In this document: one piece after another, positions 1 to 10,233 of the stretch | How the letters are laid out: the number at the start of each line of letters is the position of its first letter | Position numbering within the stretch: the first letter of the stretch is position 1 | From: an uncultured Gemmataceae bacterium | Lineage (GTDB): Bacteria > Planctomycetota > Planctomycetia > Gemmatales > Gemmataceae | NCBI GenBank assembly: GCA_963750165.1 | Contig: CAVVPN010000003.1 | Coordinates: 1,920,001 to 1,984,000 of the forward strand | Direction: 5' to 3' | Length of the DNA stretch: 64,000 nucleotides | The notes under the pieces: generated by a model | The model's input: the letters and a program-made list of their open reading frames with translations, nothing else | Databases searched by the model: none | Told to the model about the DNA's origin: nothing | Program-made: the position numbers and the translations under genes

Positions 1-96
1 GGAACAGCCGCTGGCCAGCCCGGCCCGGCGAATCTTGCAGGCGGGGCGGCCTTCCCTACACTGGCAACGGCGCCCGCTTGAACAGGGAGAAACGCG

Positions 97-888
97 ATGG
101 GCTTACCGCTGTTCCAGGTGGACGCATTCACCGACCGACCCTTCGCGGGCAACCCGGCGGCGGTGTGCCTGCTGCCGGGGCTGCGCGACGACCGCTGGCT
201 GCAGGGCGTCGCCGCGGAGATGAACCTGTCCGAAACCGCCTTCCTGCTGCCGCGCTCCGACGGTTTTCAACTGCGCTGGTTCACCCCCGCGGTGGAGGTG
301 TCGCTGTGCGGCCACGCCACGCTGGCCGCCGCCCACGTCCTGTGGGAGACGCAGCGCCTGGCCGCCACGGAGCCGGCGCGCTTCCACACGCACAGCGGCC
401 TGCTGACGGCGGAGCGCCGCGGCGACGACATCTGGCTGGATTTCCCATCCCGGCCGGCGACGCCGTGTGAGGACGAGCACGGCCTGGCCGCGGCGCTGGG
501 TGTGCGGCCCGTGTGGGTGGGCAAGAACGGCCTGGATTACCTGGTGGAAGTGGCGAGCGAGGCGGCGGTGCGACGGCTGCAACCGGACATCGCGCAGCTG
601 GCGGCGCTGCCGGTGCGCGGCGTCATCGTCACGAGCCGGGCGGACGGCAGCGGTTGCGATTTCGTGTCGCGCTTCTTCGCGCCGGGGGTGGGCGTCGCGG
701 AGGATCCGGTGACGGGCTCGGCGCACTGCTGTCTGGCGCCGTTCTGGGGACAGCGCTTCGGCAAGGTCGATCTGGTGGGGCATCAGGTGTCGGCGCGCGG
801 CGGTGTGGTGCGCGTGGGCGTGCGCGGCGACCGGGTGCTGCTCGGTGGCCGGGCGGTCACGATGCTGCGCGGGGAGTTGTTCGCATGA
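97..888 (+). CDS. PhzF family isomerase/epimerase
   Basis: VDAFT...GNPAAV, EMNLSETAF, LCGHATLA and EDPVTGSA motifs. Confidence 0.93.
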   Translation: MGLPLFQVDAFTDRPFAGNPAAVCLLPGLRDDRWLQGVAAEMNLSETAFLLPRSDGFQLRWFTPAVEVSLCGHATLAAAHVLWETQRLAATEPARFHTHSGLLTAERRGDDIWLDFPSRPATPCEDEHGLAAALGVRPVWVGKNGLDYLVEVASEAAVRRLQPDIAQLAALPVRGVIVTSRADGSGCDFVSRFFAPGVGVAEDPVTGSAHCCLAPFWGQRFGKVDLVGHQVSARGGVVRVGVRGDRVLLGGRAVTMLRGELFA

Positions 889-1385
889 GTGTCCGGCTGG
901 AGGCCGTCAGCGCCGCGGCTGACGCGGCGCCCGCCCGGGAACTGCTGCGCGAGTACGCCGCAGGGCTGGATTTCGACCTGTGCTTCCAGAACTTCGAGCA
1001 GGAGTTGCGCGACCTGCCGGGCTGCTACGCGTCGCCGCGCGGCCGGCTGCTGCTGGCGCACCGGGACGGCGAATTGGCGGGCTGCGTGGCGCTGCGGCCG
1101 CTGACGGCGGAGGTCGGCGAGGTGAAGCGGTTGTACGTGCGGCCGACGCACCGTGGCTGCGGGCTGGGCCGGCAGCTGGTCGCGGCCGTCATTGAGGCGG
1201 GGCGGGAGGCGGGCTATCGGCGGTTGTGTCTGGACACGCACCCGAGCATGACCGCGGCGCAGGCGCTGTACCGCGACCTGGGCTTTCAGCCGACGGAGCC
1301 GTACTGTCACAATCCGCACGCCGGTGTGCTGTACTTCGCGCTGGAGTTGGGCGGCGCCGACGCCGCGGAGGAGTCCGGTCGCTGA
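885..1385 (+). CDS. GNAT family N-acetyltransferase
   Basis: ATGA overlap with the PhzF stop; GEVKRLYVRPTHRGCGLG acetyl-CoA motif; C-terminal part of ORF 513..1385. Confidence 0.9.
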   Translation: MSVRLEAVSAAADAAPARELLREYAAGLDFDLCFQNFEQELRDLPGCYASPRGRLLLAHRDGELAGCVALRPLTAEVGEVKRLYVRPTHRGCGLGRQLVAAVIEAGREAGYRRLCLDTHPSMTAAQALYRDLGFQPTEPYCHNPHAGVLYFALELGGADAAEESGR

Positions 1386-1430
1386 CCCCGTTTACGTTTC
1401 GACTTCAACTCGCGCGAAACGTAAACGGGG
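1386..1430. repeat. 16-bp perfect inverted repeat between convergent genes (terminator or REP-like)
   Basis: CCCCGTTTACGTTTCG ... CGAAACGTAAACGGGG. Confidence 0.7.
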
Positions 1431-1503
1431 CCTTCTTGTCGCACGTCAACGCTAAATCCTGACTCACTCAACGCGCTCCTTCGCCCAGGAAAACGCCCAG
1501 CGA

Positions 1504-3291
1504 TCACTGCCCATACACGCGAAGCTTGGGCGCGGCCTTTTTCAGCTTCGCGATCCCCTGCGGCGTCAGGCGGGGGCAGTCGGTGAGCGTGATCACGCTC
1601 AGCGCCGGCATGGTCGCCAGCGCCTCCAGCGCCGCGTCGGTGATCTGCGTTCGCGACAGGTCCAGGTGCCTCAACGTTTTGATCGCAGCCAGCGCCGGCA
1701 GGGCCTGATCGGTGATCTTCGTGCCCGAAAGTCGCAACATCTGCAGCTTCAGCGCGGCCGCCAGCGACTTGACGCCAACATCGGTCAGCGCTGACCCTTC
1801 CGCTAGCAAATCCAGCAGGTTCGGCAGGGCGGCGAGGTGCGGCGCCGCGGCGTCGGTGAGCGGGCAGCCGTCCAGCGACAGCGTCATCAACTTCGGCAGG
1901 CCGCGCAGGTGCATTAGCCCGGGCCCCTTGATGGGGTTGCCCGCCAGGTACAGGATTTCCAGCGCGCGTAAGTCCTTCAGGTGCGCCAGCCCCAGGTCGG
2001 TGACGCGGCCGTGGCACAGCGACAGTTTCTTCAGGCCGGTCAGCCCCTGCAGGTGTGCCAGGCCAGCGTCGCCCAGGGTCACGTCGTCGCCGAGGTGGTT
2101 GTTCAATTCCAGATGCGTCAGATTGCTCATGCCCGCAAGCGGGGCCAGGCCGGCGTCGGTGAGTTTATGCTTTTGCAGGAAGAGCCGTTCCGTCGCTTTC
2201 AGAGACTGCAACTCCGCCATGCCCGCGCCGTTGATGGGCGTGTCGAACAGGTACAGTTCGTAGATCCGCGGCAGCCGCGCCAGGGCCTGGGCGACCTCCG
2301 GTTTGAGGGTGCCGTCGGCGTTGAAGTGCCGGTTGGTCAGTTGCACCTGCCACGCGCCGTTGAACGGCTGCGTGACCTTCACCCCCGCCTTTTTCAGCTG
2401 GTCCGCGGCCTGTGCCCCGTCCGTTTTGTCGGCCTTGTTGCGGTTTTTGATGTCTTGCAACGTCACCGCCGGCGCCTGTGTGGCCGAGCCCGGTTGGCTG
2501 CTCTCGCTCAGCACCGGCATGCAGTACTTCAACATGAACTCACCCGGGTCCGCAAAGATCGGGTCGTACTTGCCGACGAGTTTGATGCGGTCACCCGGGA
2601 TGAATTTGTTCACCAGGCTCCTGGCGACTACCTCGAAACTGCATCTCACGGAAAGGTGGTCGTTGCCCTGAAGGTAAAGGCTGAAGTCGCCGAGGTCGTT
2701 GACCTCCCTGGCCAGGATTACGCCGGTCACCGCCAGGTATTTGTTCTTGTAACGCTCCCGGGCGCCGGTCGGGGCCTTCGTCAGTTCCCCGGCCAGTTGC
2801 TCGGACGTGAGGACCACTCCCTGATACGGGCCGGTCGTCACCAGCACCGTGTCCTGGAGCATCGGAATAATACTCTCCTCATACCGGCCCCGGATCACGA
2901 CTTCCTGGCCCGGCACAGCCTTTGCCCACGGTTCCTTCTCGTTGCGCAGGTAGCACACCACCTGCTCCAGGAAGTCGGCCCCCTTCAGGTTGAGTTGCGC
3001 CTTGCGCTTGCCGAGGTCGTAGCCGCAGAAGGAGACCTGGCCGCTGAGTTCCAGCGTTTTCCCATGATATTTGGCGCCGGTGGCCTGCCGGTCCTGTTTG
3101 TAGACCGCGAGCAGTTCCATAGCGGTCAACCGGAAGTCCGGTTTATCCGCGGCCGGCTTGACCTGAGGTTGCTCCTGGCCGGGATTCGCGTTCTGCTCGA
3201 CCTCGACTTTGCCAGGGTTGCCGCCACAGGCCACGAACACACCGCAGAGCAGCACCAGCAGGACGCGGGGACCGGAAAGCTGCTTCATCAT
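1504..3291 (-). CDS. Lipoprotein with two OB-fold (tRNA_anti-like) domains and C-terminal leucine-rich repeats
   Basis: Signal peptide with FVAC lipobox; two 'Y..K.L.L.G.V' OB-fold repeats; repeated 'L..L.L.gt.ItD.gL..L' LRRs. Confidence 0.8.
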   Translation of the reverse strand: MMKQLSGPRVLLVLLCGVFVACGGNPGKVEVEQNANPGQEQPQVKPAADKPDFRLTAMELLAVYKQDRQATGAKYHGKTLELSGQVSFCGYDLGKRKAQLNLKGADFLEQVVCYLRNEKEPWAKAVPGQEVVIRGRYEESIIPMLQDTVLVTTGPYQGVVLTSEQLAGELTKAPTGARERYKNKYLAVTGVILAREVNDLGDFSLYLQGNDHLSVRCSFEVVARSLVNKFIPGDRIKLVGKYDPIFADPGEFMLKYCMPVLSESSQPGSATQAPAVTLQDIKNRNKADKTDGAQAADQLKKAGVKVTQPFNGAWQVQLTNRHFNADGTLKPEVAQALARLPRIYELYLFDTPINGAGMAELQSLKATERLFLQKHKLTDAGLAPLAGMSNLTHLELNNHLGDDVTLGDAGLAHLQGLTGLKKLSLCHGRVTDLGLAHLKDLRALEILYLAGNPIKGPGLMHLRGLPKLMTLSLDGCPLTDAAAPHLAALPNLLDLLAEGSALTDVGVKSLAAALKLQMLRLSGTKITDQALPALAAIKTLRHLDLSRTQITDAALEALATMPALSVITLTDCPRLTPQGIAKLKKAAPKLRVYGQ

Positions 3292-3318
3292 CGCGATTAC
3301 TCCCTGGTCGTGAGCAGG

Positions 3319-3360
3319 GCCGTCGGCTGAGCGCGGCAGGCGCCGCGCTCAGCCGACGGC
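3319..3360. repeat. 19-bp perfect GC-rich inverted repeat (REP-like hairpin)
   Basis: GCCGTCGGCTGAGCGCGGC-aggc-GCCGCGCTCAGCCGACGGC. Confidence 0.75.
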
Positions 3361-3480
3361 AAAATCCGTATGGTGACGCCCTATCTTTACGGTGAAGGTG
3401 TTGGATCGCAAAGCCAGGGGACGACCCACGCGTCCGCATGTCGCGGCCCTGAAGCGCCGGCGCAGTGACGCCGGGAGGAG

Positions 3481-3816
3481 CTACCCCACCGCAAACTCAG
3501 TGTACTGGCGTAAATCGGCCGGCTGAAATCCCAGGACAATGTCCGAGCGTGGGATGCCCGCGGCCACCAATTCGTCGGCGACCGGGCGGTTGGTGCCGTC
3601 GTATTGAATCCACACCTTGCCGTTGATGATGTCGAGGTGAATGACACACCCATGCACGCGACGCCAGCGATCCCAGCCCACGTGCATGACTTCATAATGG
3701 TCCTTGGCGGGATCAATGACGGCTTCAGTATCGATTTGGCCGTGAGAAGGCTTGTAGCTCGCGTATTCCTCAACCACACGGCGTACAATCTCACGGTAGC
3801 GCTCTAACTTGTCCAT
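3481..3816 (-). CDS. xisI: XisI family protein
   Basis: DHYEVMHVGW..RRVHGCVIHLDIINGKVWIQYDGT...GIP..DIVLGF signature. Confidence 0.92.
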   Translation of the reverse strand: MDKLERYREIVRRVVEEYASYKPSHGQIDTEAVIDPAKDHYEVMHVGWDRWRRVHGCVIHLDIINGKVWIQYDGTNRPVADELVAAGIPRSDIVLGFQPADLRQYTEFAVG

Positions 3817-4223
3817 TGAATCACCTTCTGCTGCTCCACGTCGAACACCAGAATCCGAAGTTGTAACCGATTTACAATGAGCTGCCCAAAGCGTTCGGTA
3901 AGAATCCCGTCATAAAGCTGACGCGACACCGCGAGGTAAAGCATCCGATCAGGTTCGATTTCTCCCAGGACAGCCCGATAGACCTGGTACTGTCCGACCG
4001 CTTCCTGCAGATCGCGTACTGGAGAGGGGTTAAGAAAACTCTGTATTTCCACCGCGATTTGCCGATCCGCTTTCTCCGCACCAATCATTGTCAGCTCAGC
4101 GCCCAGATCCACAAATAAGTCCTTGTCGCCGTAGCTGACGCGCAAGGGATCGTCGGTAATGGTCCACCCGTCCGCGATCAGCGCGCGGACCACTACGTCG
4201 TGATGCACGTTCTTTGCGGGCAC
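3804..4223 (-). CDS. xisH: XisH family protein
   Basis: PAKNVHHDVVVRALIADGWTITDDP, IAVEIQSF, AVGQY; probable GTG start at 4223 with a purine-rich RBS. Confidence 0.9.
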   Translation of the reverse strand: MPAKNVHHDVVVRALIADGWTITDDPLRVSYGDKDLFVDLGAELTMIGAEKADRQIAVEIQSFLNPSPVRDLQEAVGQYQVYRAVLGEIEPDRMLYLAVSRQLYDGILTERFGQLIVNRLQLRILVFDVEQQKVIQWTS

Positions 4224-4295
4224 GGCATCCCCCTGAATAAGAACCGGCAAGCGCCGAATCAATTTAGGGTACTTTAGCAAGACCCCGCAGCGACG

Positions 4296-5744
4296 TCACG
4301 TCAACAGTTTCTCCACCACGCGCCCATGCACGTCCGTCAGCCGGAAGTCGCGCCCCTGGAAGCGGAACGTCAGCCGCCGATGGTCCAGTCCCAGCAAATG
4401 CAGCAGCGTCGCCTGCACGTCATGCACGTGCACGCGGTCCTCCACCGGCGAGAAGCCCAGTTCGTCCGTCGCGCCCAGGTTCAGCCCCGACCTGATGCCG
4501 CCGCCGGCGAACCACATTGTAAAGGCATCGATGTGATGATTGCGGCCCACCGTGTCGCGGATTTCACCCATCGGCGTACGGCCGAACTCGCCGCCCCAGA
4601 CCACCAGCGTCGAATCCAGCAGGCCGCGCTGCTTCAGGTCGCGGACCAGCGCCATGCACGGCCGGTCGATCTCGCGGCAGCGCCCGTCCAGGCCGGCGCC
4701 CAAATTCTCGGTGCCCAGGCCGTGATGGTCCCAGTCCGTGTGGTACAGCGCCACGTAGCGGACGCCGCGCTCCACCAACCGCCGCGCCAGCAGACAGTTG
4801 TTGGCGAACGACGGCTGTCCCGGCTGTGCCCCGTACAGCGCCAGCGTCTGCGCCGACTCGGTGCCGATGTCGATCAACTCCGGGGCGCTGGTCTGCATGC
4901 GGAACGCCATCTCATACGAGGCGATGCGCGTGGCGATCTCCGGGTCGCCGGTGTCGGCGAGGCGGACGCCGTTCAGGTCGCGCACCGCGTCGAGCACCTG
5001 CCGCTGCTGCGTGGCGCTGACGCCGCGCGGCCGCGTCAGGTTCAGGATCGGCTCGCCGCCACTGCGGAACGGCACACCCTGGAAGGTGGTCGGCAAAAAG
5101 CCGCTGCCCCAGTTCGGGGCGCCGCCGCGCGGGCCGCGTGGGCCGGACTGCAGCACCACGAAGCCGGGCAGATCCCGGGCTTCGCTGCCGATGCCGTAGG
5201 TCACCCAGGCGCCAATGCTCGGCCGGCCGAACTGCGGCGAACCGGTGTTGAAGAAAATCTTGGCCGGAGCGTGGTTGAACACGTCCGTCGCGACCGAGCG
5301 CACCACGGCGAGGTCGTCGGCAACGGTCGCCAGGTGCGGCAGGCACTCCGACATCCAGGTGCCGGCGCGGCCGTGGCGGGCGAAGCGGCGACGGCTGCCG
5401 AGCAGTCGCGGCACCTCGCGCGTGAAGCTGTCCATGAACGCGAAACGGCGGCCGCGCAGGTACGAGTCCGGGATCGGCTGGCCGTTGAGCCGCACCAACG
5501 CCGGCTTGTAGTCGAACAGTTCCAGCTGACTCGGGCCGCCGGCCATGAATAGCTGGATGACGCTGCGTGCCCGGCCGGGGAAGTGCGGCGGCCGCGGCGC
5601 CAGCGGGTTGGCCGACGCCTGCGGTTCCGCTGACAAGCGGTTGTCACCGAGCAGCGACGCCAGCGCCAGCGAGCCGAGGCCCAGGGCGCATTCGTGGAAA
5701 AAGTGCCGCCGCGTTCGCCACAGCAAGGGGTCGGTGTCGTGCAT
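4296..5744 (-). CDS. DUF1501 domain protein (Tat-exported, sulfatase-like)
   Basis: TRRHFF twin-arginine signal, LFMAGGPSQLELFD, WGGEFGRTP, GRDFRLTDVHG. Confidence 0.93.
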   Translation of the reverse strand: MHDTDPLLWRTRRHFFHECALGLGSLALASLLGDNRLSAEPQASANPLAPRPPHFPGRARSVIQLFMAGGPSQLELFDYKPALVRLNGQPIPDSYLRGRRFAFMDSFTREVPRLLGSRRRFARHGRAGTWMSECLPHLATVADDLAVVRSVATDVFNHAPAKIFFNTGSPQFGRPSIGAWVTYGIGSEARDLPGFVVLQSGPRGPRGGAPNWGSGFLPTTFQGVPFRSGGEPILNLTRPRGVSATQQRQVLDAVRDLNGVRLADTGDPEIATRIASYEMAFRMQTSAPELIDIGTESAQTLALYGAQPGQPSFANNCLLARRLVERGVRYVALYHTDWDHHGLGTENLGAGLDGRCREIDRPCMALVRDLKQRGLLDSTLVVWGGEFGRTPMGEIRDTVGRNHHIDAFTMWFAGGGIRSGLNLGATDELGFSPVEDRVHVHDVQATLLHLLGLDHRRLTFRFQGRDFRLTDVHGRVVEKLLT

Positions 5745-5750
5745 GGTCGG

Positions 5751-8264
5751 CTACTCCCGGGTAATGAACTCGTCGAGGTTCAGCAGCACACGCGCCAGCG
5801 TCGTCCACACGGCGAAGCGGCGGGCCTGGGCGTCCATCGGCTCCGGCGCCGCCAGCAACTGCGTCAGCAGGGCCGTCAACCGCTGCTGCTCGATGGGCCG
5901 CGGTTCACGCGCCAGGCACAGACGGAAAGCGTGGCGGAGGCGGGCGGCGTCGTCGGCCGGGGCCTCGCGCAACACGCGCGCCGCCAGGCCCTGGGCGAAC
6001 TCGTAAAACGCCAGGTCGTTGAGCAGCGTCAGCGCCTGCAGGGGCGTGTTGCTGCGGTTGCGGCGCGTGCAGGTGGCAGTCGATTCGGGGGCGTCGAAGA
6101 CCGTCAGCGCCGGGTGCGGCGCCGACCGCCAGAAGTGCGTGTAGATGCCGCGGCGGTAGCGGTCGGGGCCGGCGCTGGGCGTCCAGTCGCGCTGCACCTG
6201 GGTGAAGCGGAAGACGCCGTCCGGCTGTGGCGGGAACACGCTCGGGCCGCCGATCTTCGGCGACAGCAGCCCGCTCGCCGCCAGCGCCGCGTCGCGCACC
6301 ACCTCCGCTTCCAACCGTAGCCGATTCTGGCGGGCCAGCAGTTTGTTGCGCGGATCGACCGTCGCCAGTTCCGGCCGCGTCTTCGATGACTGGCGGTAGG
6401 TGGCGCTGGTGACGATCAGGCGGTGCAGCGCTTTCAGGCTCCAGCCGCGCTCGCGAAATTCAACCGCCAGCCAGTCGAGCAGTTCGGGGTGCGTCGGCGG
6501 CGTGCCCTGGGTGCCGAAGTCGTTCTCCGTCTCGACGATGCCCAGGCCGAAATGGTGCATCCAGACGCGATTGACCGTCACGCGCGCCGTCAGCGGGTTG
6601 GCGGGATCGACCAGCCACTTCGCCAGGTCCAGCCGGTTCGCCGCCTTCGCCGGCAGCGGGTGCAGCACCGCGGGCGTCGCCGGCCGCACCGGCTTGCCCT
6701 TGCGCAGGAAGTCGCCCTGGATGTGGACGTGCGTCGTGCGCGGCGTCTTGCGCTCCTGCAGCACCAGCGTCGTCGCGATCTTCGGTTCCTGCTTCTTCAG
6801 CTGGGCGACGCGCTGCTCGATGCCGGTGCGCAACACAACCGGGTGCAGCTGCACTGCCAGGTGCTGCGGCCCGGTCAGGCTCAGCGGCGCCAGCGCCGCG
6901 CCGGCGGTGCCGGTGACCTGCCGCGCCTGGTCCGCCCGGCGGAAGGCGTCGGCGAGCCGTTTCTTCTGGCCGGCGTCGCGCTGGTAATCCGGCGTGTCCA
7001 GAATGTCCTTGATCGCCCGCGGCAGCTGCGTGCGCTGGGCGGGCGTCAGCGCCACCTCCCACGCCTTCTGGCGGCCGGGCGTCGCCAGGTCGAGGGCCTT
7101 GACCGATTGCTGCAGCCCGGCGATCTGCGTGCGGATTTGCTTCAGCTGCTTCGTCTCGGCGGCGGTCGGCAGGGACAACGTGGGCTCGTCCTGGTTGTTG
7201 AGGAAGGCGAAGAACTGGTAATACTCAAGTTGCGAAATCGGGTCGAACTTGTGATTGTGGCACTGGGCGCAGCCGAGCGTCAGGCCCAGGAACACCACCC
7301 CCGTGGTGTTGACGCGATCGACCACCGACTCGATGCGGAACTGCTCGTGGTCGATGCCACCTTCCTGGTTCAGCAGCGTGTTGCGGTGGAAGCCGGTCGC
7401 GATCCGATCCGCGGTGGTGGCGTTTGGCAGCAGGTCGCCGGCCAGCTGCTTGATGACGAACTGGTCGAACGGCAGATCCCGGTTCAGCGCGGTGATGACC
7501 CAGTCGCGGTAGGGCCAGATGGTGCGGGGTGCGTCGATGTTGAAGCCGTTGGAGTCGGCGTAGTGCGCCAGGTCGAGCCAGTGACGGCCCCAGCGCTCAC
7601 CGTAGTGCGGCGACGCCAGCAATCGGTCCACCTGGCGCTCGTAGGCGTCGGGCCGTGTGTCCTTCACGAAGGCGGCCACCTCCGCGGGCGTCGGCGGCAG
7701 TCCGGTCAGGTCCAGGCTCAGCCGCCGCAGCAGCGTCACACGGTCTGCCGCCGGCGCGGGCGTGATCTTCGCTTTTTCCAGGCGGGTGAGGATGAATCGG
7801 TCAACAGGGTTGCGCACCCACGCCTTCGCCTGGACGGCGGGCAGCGCTGGCCGCTGGATCGGTTGGAACGCCCAGTGGCCGGGCTGGGCGGCGACAGCGA
7901 CCTCGTTGGCGGGGGCCTTCGCGCCTTCGTCGATCCAGCGCTCGATCAGGCGGACTTCCTGGGCGCTGGGCCGGGCCTTGCCCGGCGGCATTTTGGTGTA
8001 GTTGTCTTCACCGTGCAGCGCCTTGAGCAGGCCGCTCTGCCGACCCTTGCCGCGCACGACGCCGGGGCCGGTGTCGCCACCCTTGATGGCGCCGGCGGCG
8101 GTGTCGAGACGCAGACCGCTGCGCTGCTTCTGGGGGCCGTGGCAGCCGACGCAGTGTTTGGCGAAAATCGGCTTGATGTCACGGAGGTAATCGACCGGCT
8201 CGTCCGCGGCGAGCGGCGGCGTGAACAGGAGCCAGCACAGACTGCACAGGGAAAGGTGTTTCAT
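5751..8264 (-). CDS. Planctomycete cytochrome c / DUF1549 / DUF1553 (PSD1) protein
   Basis: CVGCH and CAQCH heme motifs; YGERWGRHWLDLA; NPLTARVTVNRVW; LLNLDEFITRE C-terminus. Confidence 0.93.
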   Translation of the reverse strand: MKHLSLCSLCWLLFTPPLAADEPVDYLRDIKPIFAKHCVGCHGPQKQRSGLRLDTAAGAIKGGDTGPGVVRGKGRQSGLLKALHGEDNYTKMPPGKARPSAQEVRLIERWIDEGAKAPANEVAVAAQPGHWAFQPIQRPALPAVQAKAWVRNPVDRFILTRLEKAKITPAPAADRVTLLRRLSLDLTGLPPTPAEVAAFVKDTRPDAYERQVDRLLASPHYGERWGRHWLDLAHYADSNGFNIDAPRTIWPYRDWVITALNRDLPFDQFVIKQLAGDLLPNATTADRIATGFHRNTLLNQEGGIDHEQFRIESVVDRVNTTGVVFLGLTLGCAQCHNHKFDPISQLEYYQFFAFLNNQDEPTLSLPTAAETKQLKQIRTQIAGLQQSVKALDLATPGRQKAWEVALTPAQRTQLPRAIKDILDTPDYQRDAGQKKRLADAFRRADQARQVTGTAGAALAPLSLTGPQHLAVQLHPVVLRTGIEQRVAQLKKQEPKIATTLVLQERKTPRTTHVHIQGDFLRKGKPVRPATPAVLHPLPAKAANRLDLAKWLVDPANPLTARVTVNRVWMHHFGLGIVETENDFGTQGTPPTHPELLDWLAVEFRERGWSLKALHRLIVTSATYRQSSKTRPELATVDPRNKLLARQNRLRLEAEVVRDAALAASGLLSPKIGGPSVFPPQPDGVFRFTQVQRDWTPSAGPDRYRRGIYTHFWRSAPHPALTVFDAPESTATCTRRNRSNTPLQALTLLNDLAFYEFAQGLAARVLREAPADDAARLRHAFRLCLAREPRPIEQQRLTALLTQLLAAPEPMDAQARRFAVWTTLARVLLNLDEFITRE

Positions 8265-8385
8265 GCGCGGCTTCGGGGTGAGACGGCGGGATGGTATTGG
8301 GGCAAGTGGGCTGTGAAGTAAATGATACCGTGTTGCCGCGGGTGTTCCAAGAAAAAAGGCGGCGGCTACGCCGCAGAAAAAGCGG

Positions 8386-9411
8386 TCACGTCACGGCCAC
8401 GGCCCGGCCCGTCCGCACCGACTCGCACTCCTTGTGGCACAGCACCAGCGCGTCGCGCGCCAGCTGGCCGCTCAACAGGTCCGGCTCCTTGCCCGCCACC
8501 ACGCCGTCCACCGCCGCCTGCAGTTCGTAGGTGAACGCCGTGGTCGCGTCGTCGCCGCCCGCCAGCGGCACCACCGCGGATTTGCCGTCCGCCGTCAACA
8601 GCGTCAGCGGCGCCGTGCCGGACTCGTACACCAGCGTCGCCCGCTCCAGGTAAATCTCATAGCCGTGGACAAACGGCCGGCCCTTCATCGCCAGCGCCCC
8701 GCTGGAGCACGACACCGCCTTGCCGCCGGCGCGGTAGAGATACAGCGTCGTCAGATACTGGACGGCGCCGTTCTCCTCGACGCCGGTGGCGAAGACCTGC
8801 TCGGGCACGCCGCAGATCAGGCCGATGAAATGGGTGTCGTGGATGTGCAGATCAACGGCGGGACCGCCGGTCTTGCTGGCGTCGCCGATCTCGGCAGACC
8901 AGTCCGGCCGCGAGATGACCCGTTTGAAGTGGCCGCCGAGTAGTTTGCCGTACTGGCCGCCGCGGACGGCCGCAGCGGCGTAGGCGAACTCGGGGAAGAA
9001 CGGCAGCACATGGGCGACCATGAGGAGTTTGCCCGCCTTGCGGGCGGCGGCGAGCATGGCGTCGGCGTCCGTGGGCTGCAGCGCAATGGCCTTTTCGACC
9101 AGCACGTGCTTGCCCGCCTGCAGGGCGCGGAGGGCCGTCTCGGGGTGCAGGTGTGTCGGGTTGCAGACATCAATCAGGTCGATGTCCGGGTCGGCCAGCA
9201 GGTCGTCGAGGCGCTCGTACTTCTTGACGCCGGCGAGGTCCATCTGCTCGCCGCGCGGGCCAAAGTTGCCGTGGATGCCGCGCCAGTCGCCGGCGAGCTT
9301 TTTCGAGTCGCGGCTGCACAGGGCCGTGACCCCGGCGCCGCGGAGTTTGCGCGCGGCTAGGTAGTGGATCATGCCCATAAAACCAAGACCGACAATTCCG
9401 ATTCGTACCAT
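8386..9411 (-). CDS. Gfo/Idh/MocA family oxidoreductase
   Basis: GIVGLGFMG Rossmann motif, GKHVLVEK, DLHIHD. Confidence 0.92.
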   Translation of the reverse strand: MVRIGIVGLGFMGMIHYLAARKLRGAGVTALCSRDSKKLAGDWRGIHGNFGPRGEQMDLAGVKKYERLDDLLADPDIDLIDVCNPTHLHPETALRALQAGKHVLVEKAIALQPTDADAMLAAARKAGKLLMVAHVLPFFPEFAYAAAAVRGGQYGKLLGGHFKRVISRPDWSAEIGDASKTGGPAVDLHIHDTHFIGLICGVPEQVFATGVEENGAVQYLTTLYLYRAGGKAVSCSSGALAMKGRPFVHGYEIYLERATLVYESGTAPLTLLTADGKSAVVPLAGGDDATTAFTYELQAAVDGVVAGKEPDLLSGQLARDALVLCHKECESVRTGRAVAVT

Positions 9412-9648
9412 TGACGTATCCTCTTGCCATTGGTCGCTTTGCGTAATTCTGCGGATTCTGTGAATCTCACGATTTCAAGCTGTTTACGGCCATTTTCAGG
9501 CCATTCTTGCTCGTCATTCTTGCTCGTTTTCGCCCGGGTCGTGGGCTATTCTACGCGGTTTGGCATGGGAAGTTCAGCCGCCCCCGCATCGAACCTGCCC
9601 TGCTCCGCGACTGTCCCTAAAATAGCGATACAAGAGGAGACGCGCCCC

Positions 9649-10233
9649 ATGATCAACTTCCGCGGCATCTGTCCGCGCTGCAACCGGCTGTCGTTGGTGA
9701 ACCTGCAGACGCCGTGCCCCAACATCTTCGGCGACGGCCGGGTGTGCGGCTATGCGCTCACGACCGACGTGATGAGCGGCAACCACACCTACCGGGCCAA
9801 AGAACTGAAGCACACAAGCCCGCCCCCCTCAGGTTCAACCAGCGACCACTCGTGGACGAACCCGGGGCGGTACGACCTGCACCAGACGGCTGCGCTGGCG
9901 TCGGGCAACCTGTGCTACGACACGGTCAACCGGTACTTCTGCCTGTCTGCGTCGCTTGGCAGCGGCGAAGCGAAGGTCGCCTACCGGCAGAGCGGGACGA
10001 CCGCGGATGCCTGGCGGATCACCATGCCGCTCAACTCGAAATGGCCTAACCTGCACCTGCACTACCGCGAGAACGAAACCGGCCTGGTCCCGATCGCGAG
10101 CGGCGACTTCGTGTTCGCGGGCTCGGGCATCATGGTCTCGGGCGTGGAGCAGAAGGCGTACAGCATCTGGCAGGGCAGCCAGGTCGTCGCCGTCTACGAC
10201 CCTGTCGGCTCGGGGCTCGTCACGTTCAAGTAG
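9649..10233 (+). CDS. Hypothetical protein with N-terminal Cys cluster (possible zinc ribbon)
   Basis: GAGGAG RBS before ATG 9649; CPRC...CP...C; strong GC3 bias. Confidence 0.65.
   Translation: MINFRGICPRCNRLSLVNLQTPCPNIFGDGRVCGYALTTDVMSGNHTYRAKELKHTSPPPSGSTSDHSWTNPGRYDLHQTAALASGNLCYDTVNRYFCLSASLGSGEAKVAYRQSGTTADAWRITMPLNSKWPNLHLHYRENETGLVPIASGDFVFAGSGIMVSGVEQKAYSIWQGSQVVAVYDPVGSGLVTFK

Noticed and set aside
5694..8321. Long antisense ORFs (e.g. 6423..8321, 50092..52149, 59558..61726)
   Set aside because: Shadow ORFs of high-GC genes on the opposite strand with no motifs
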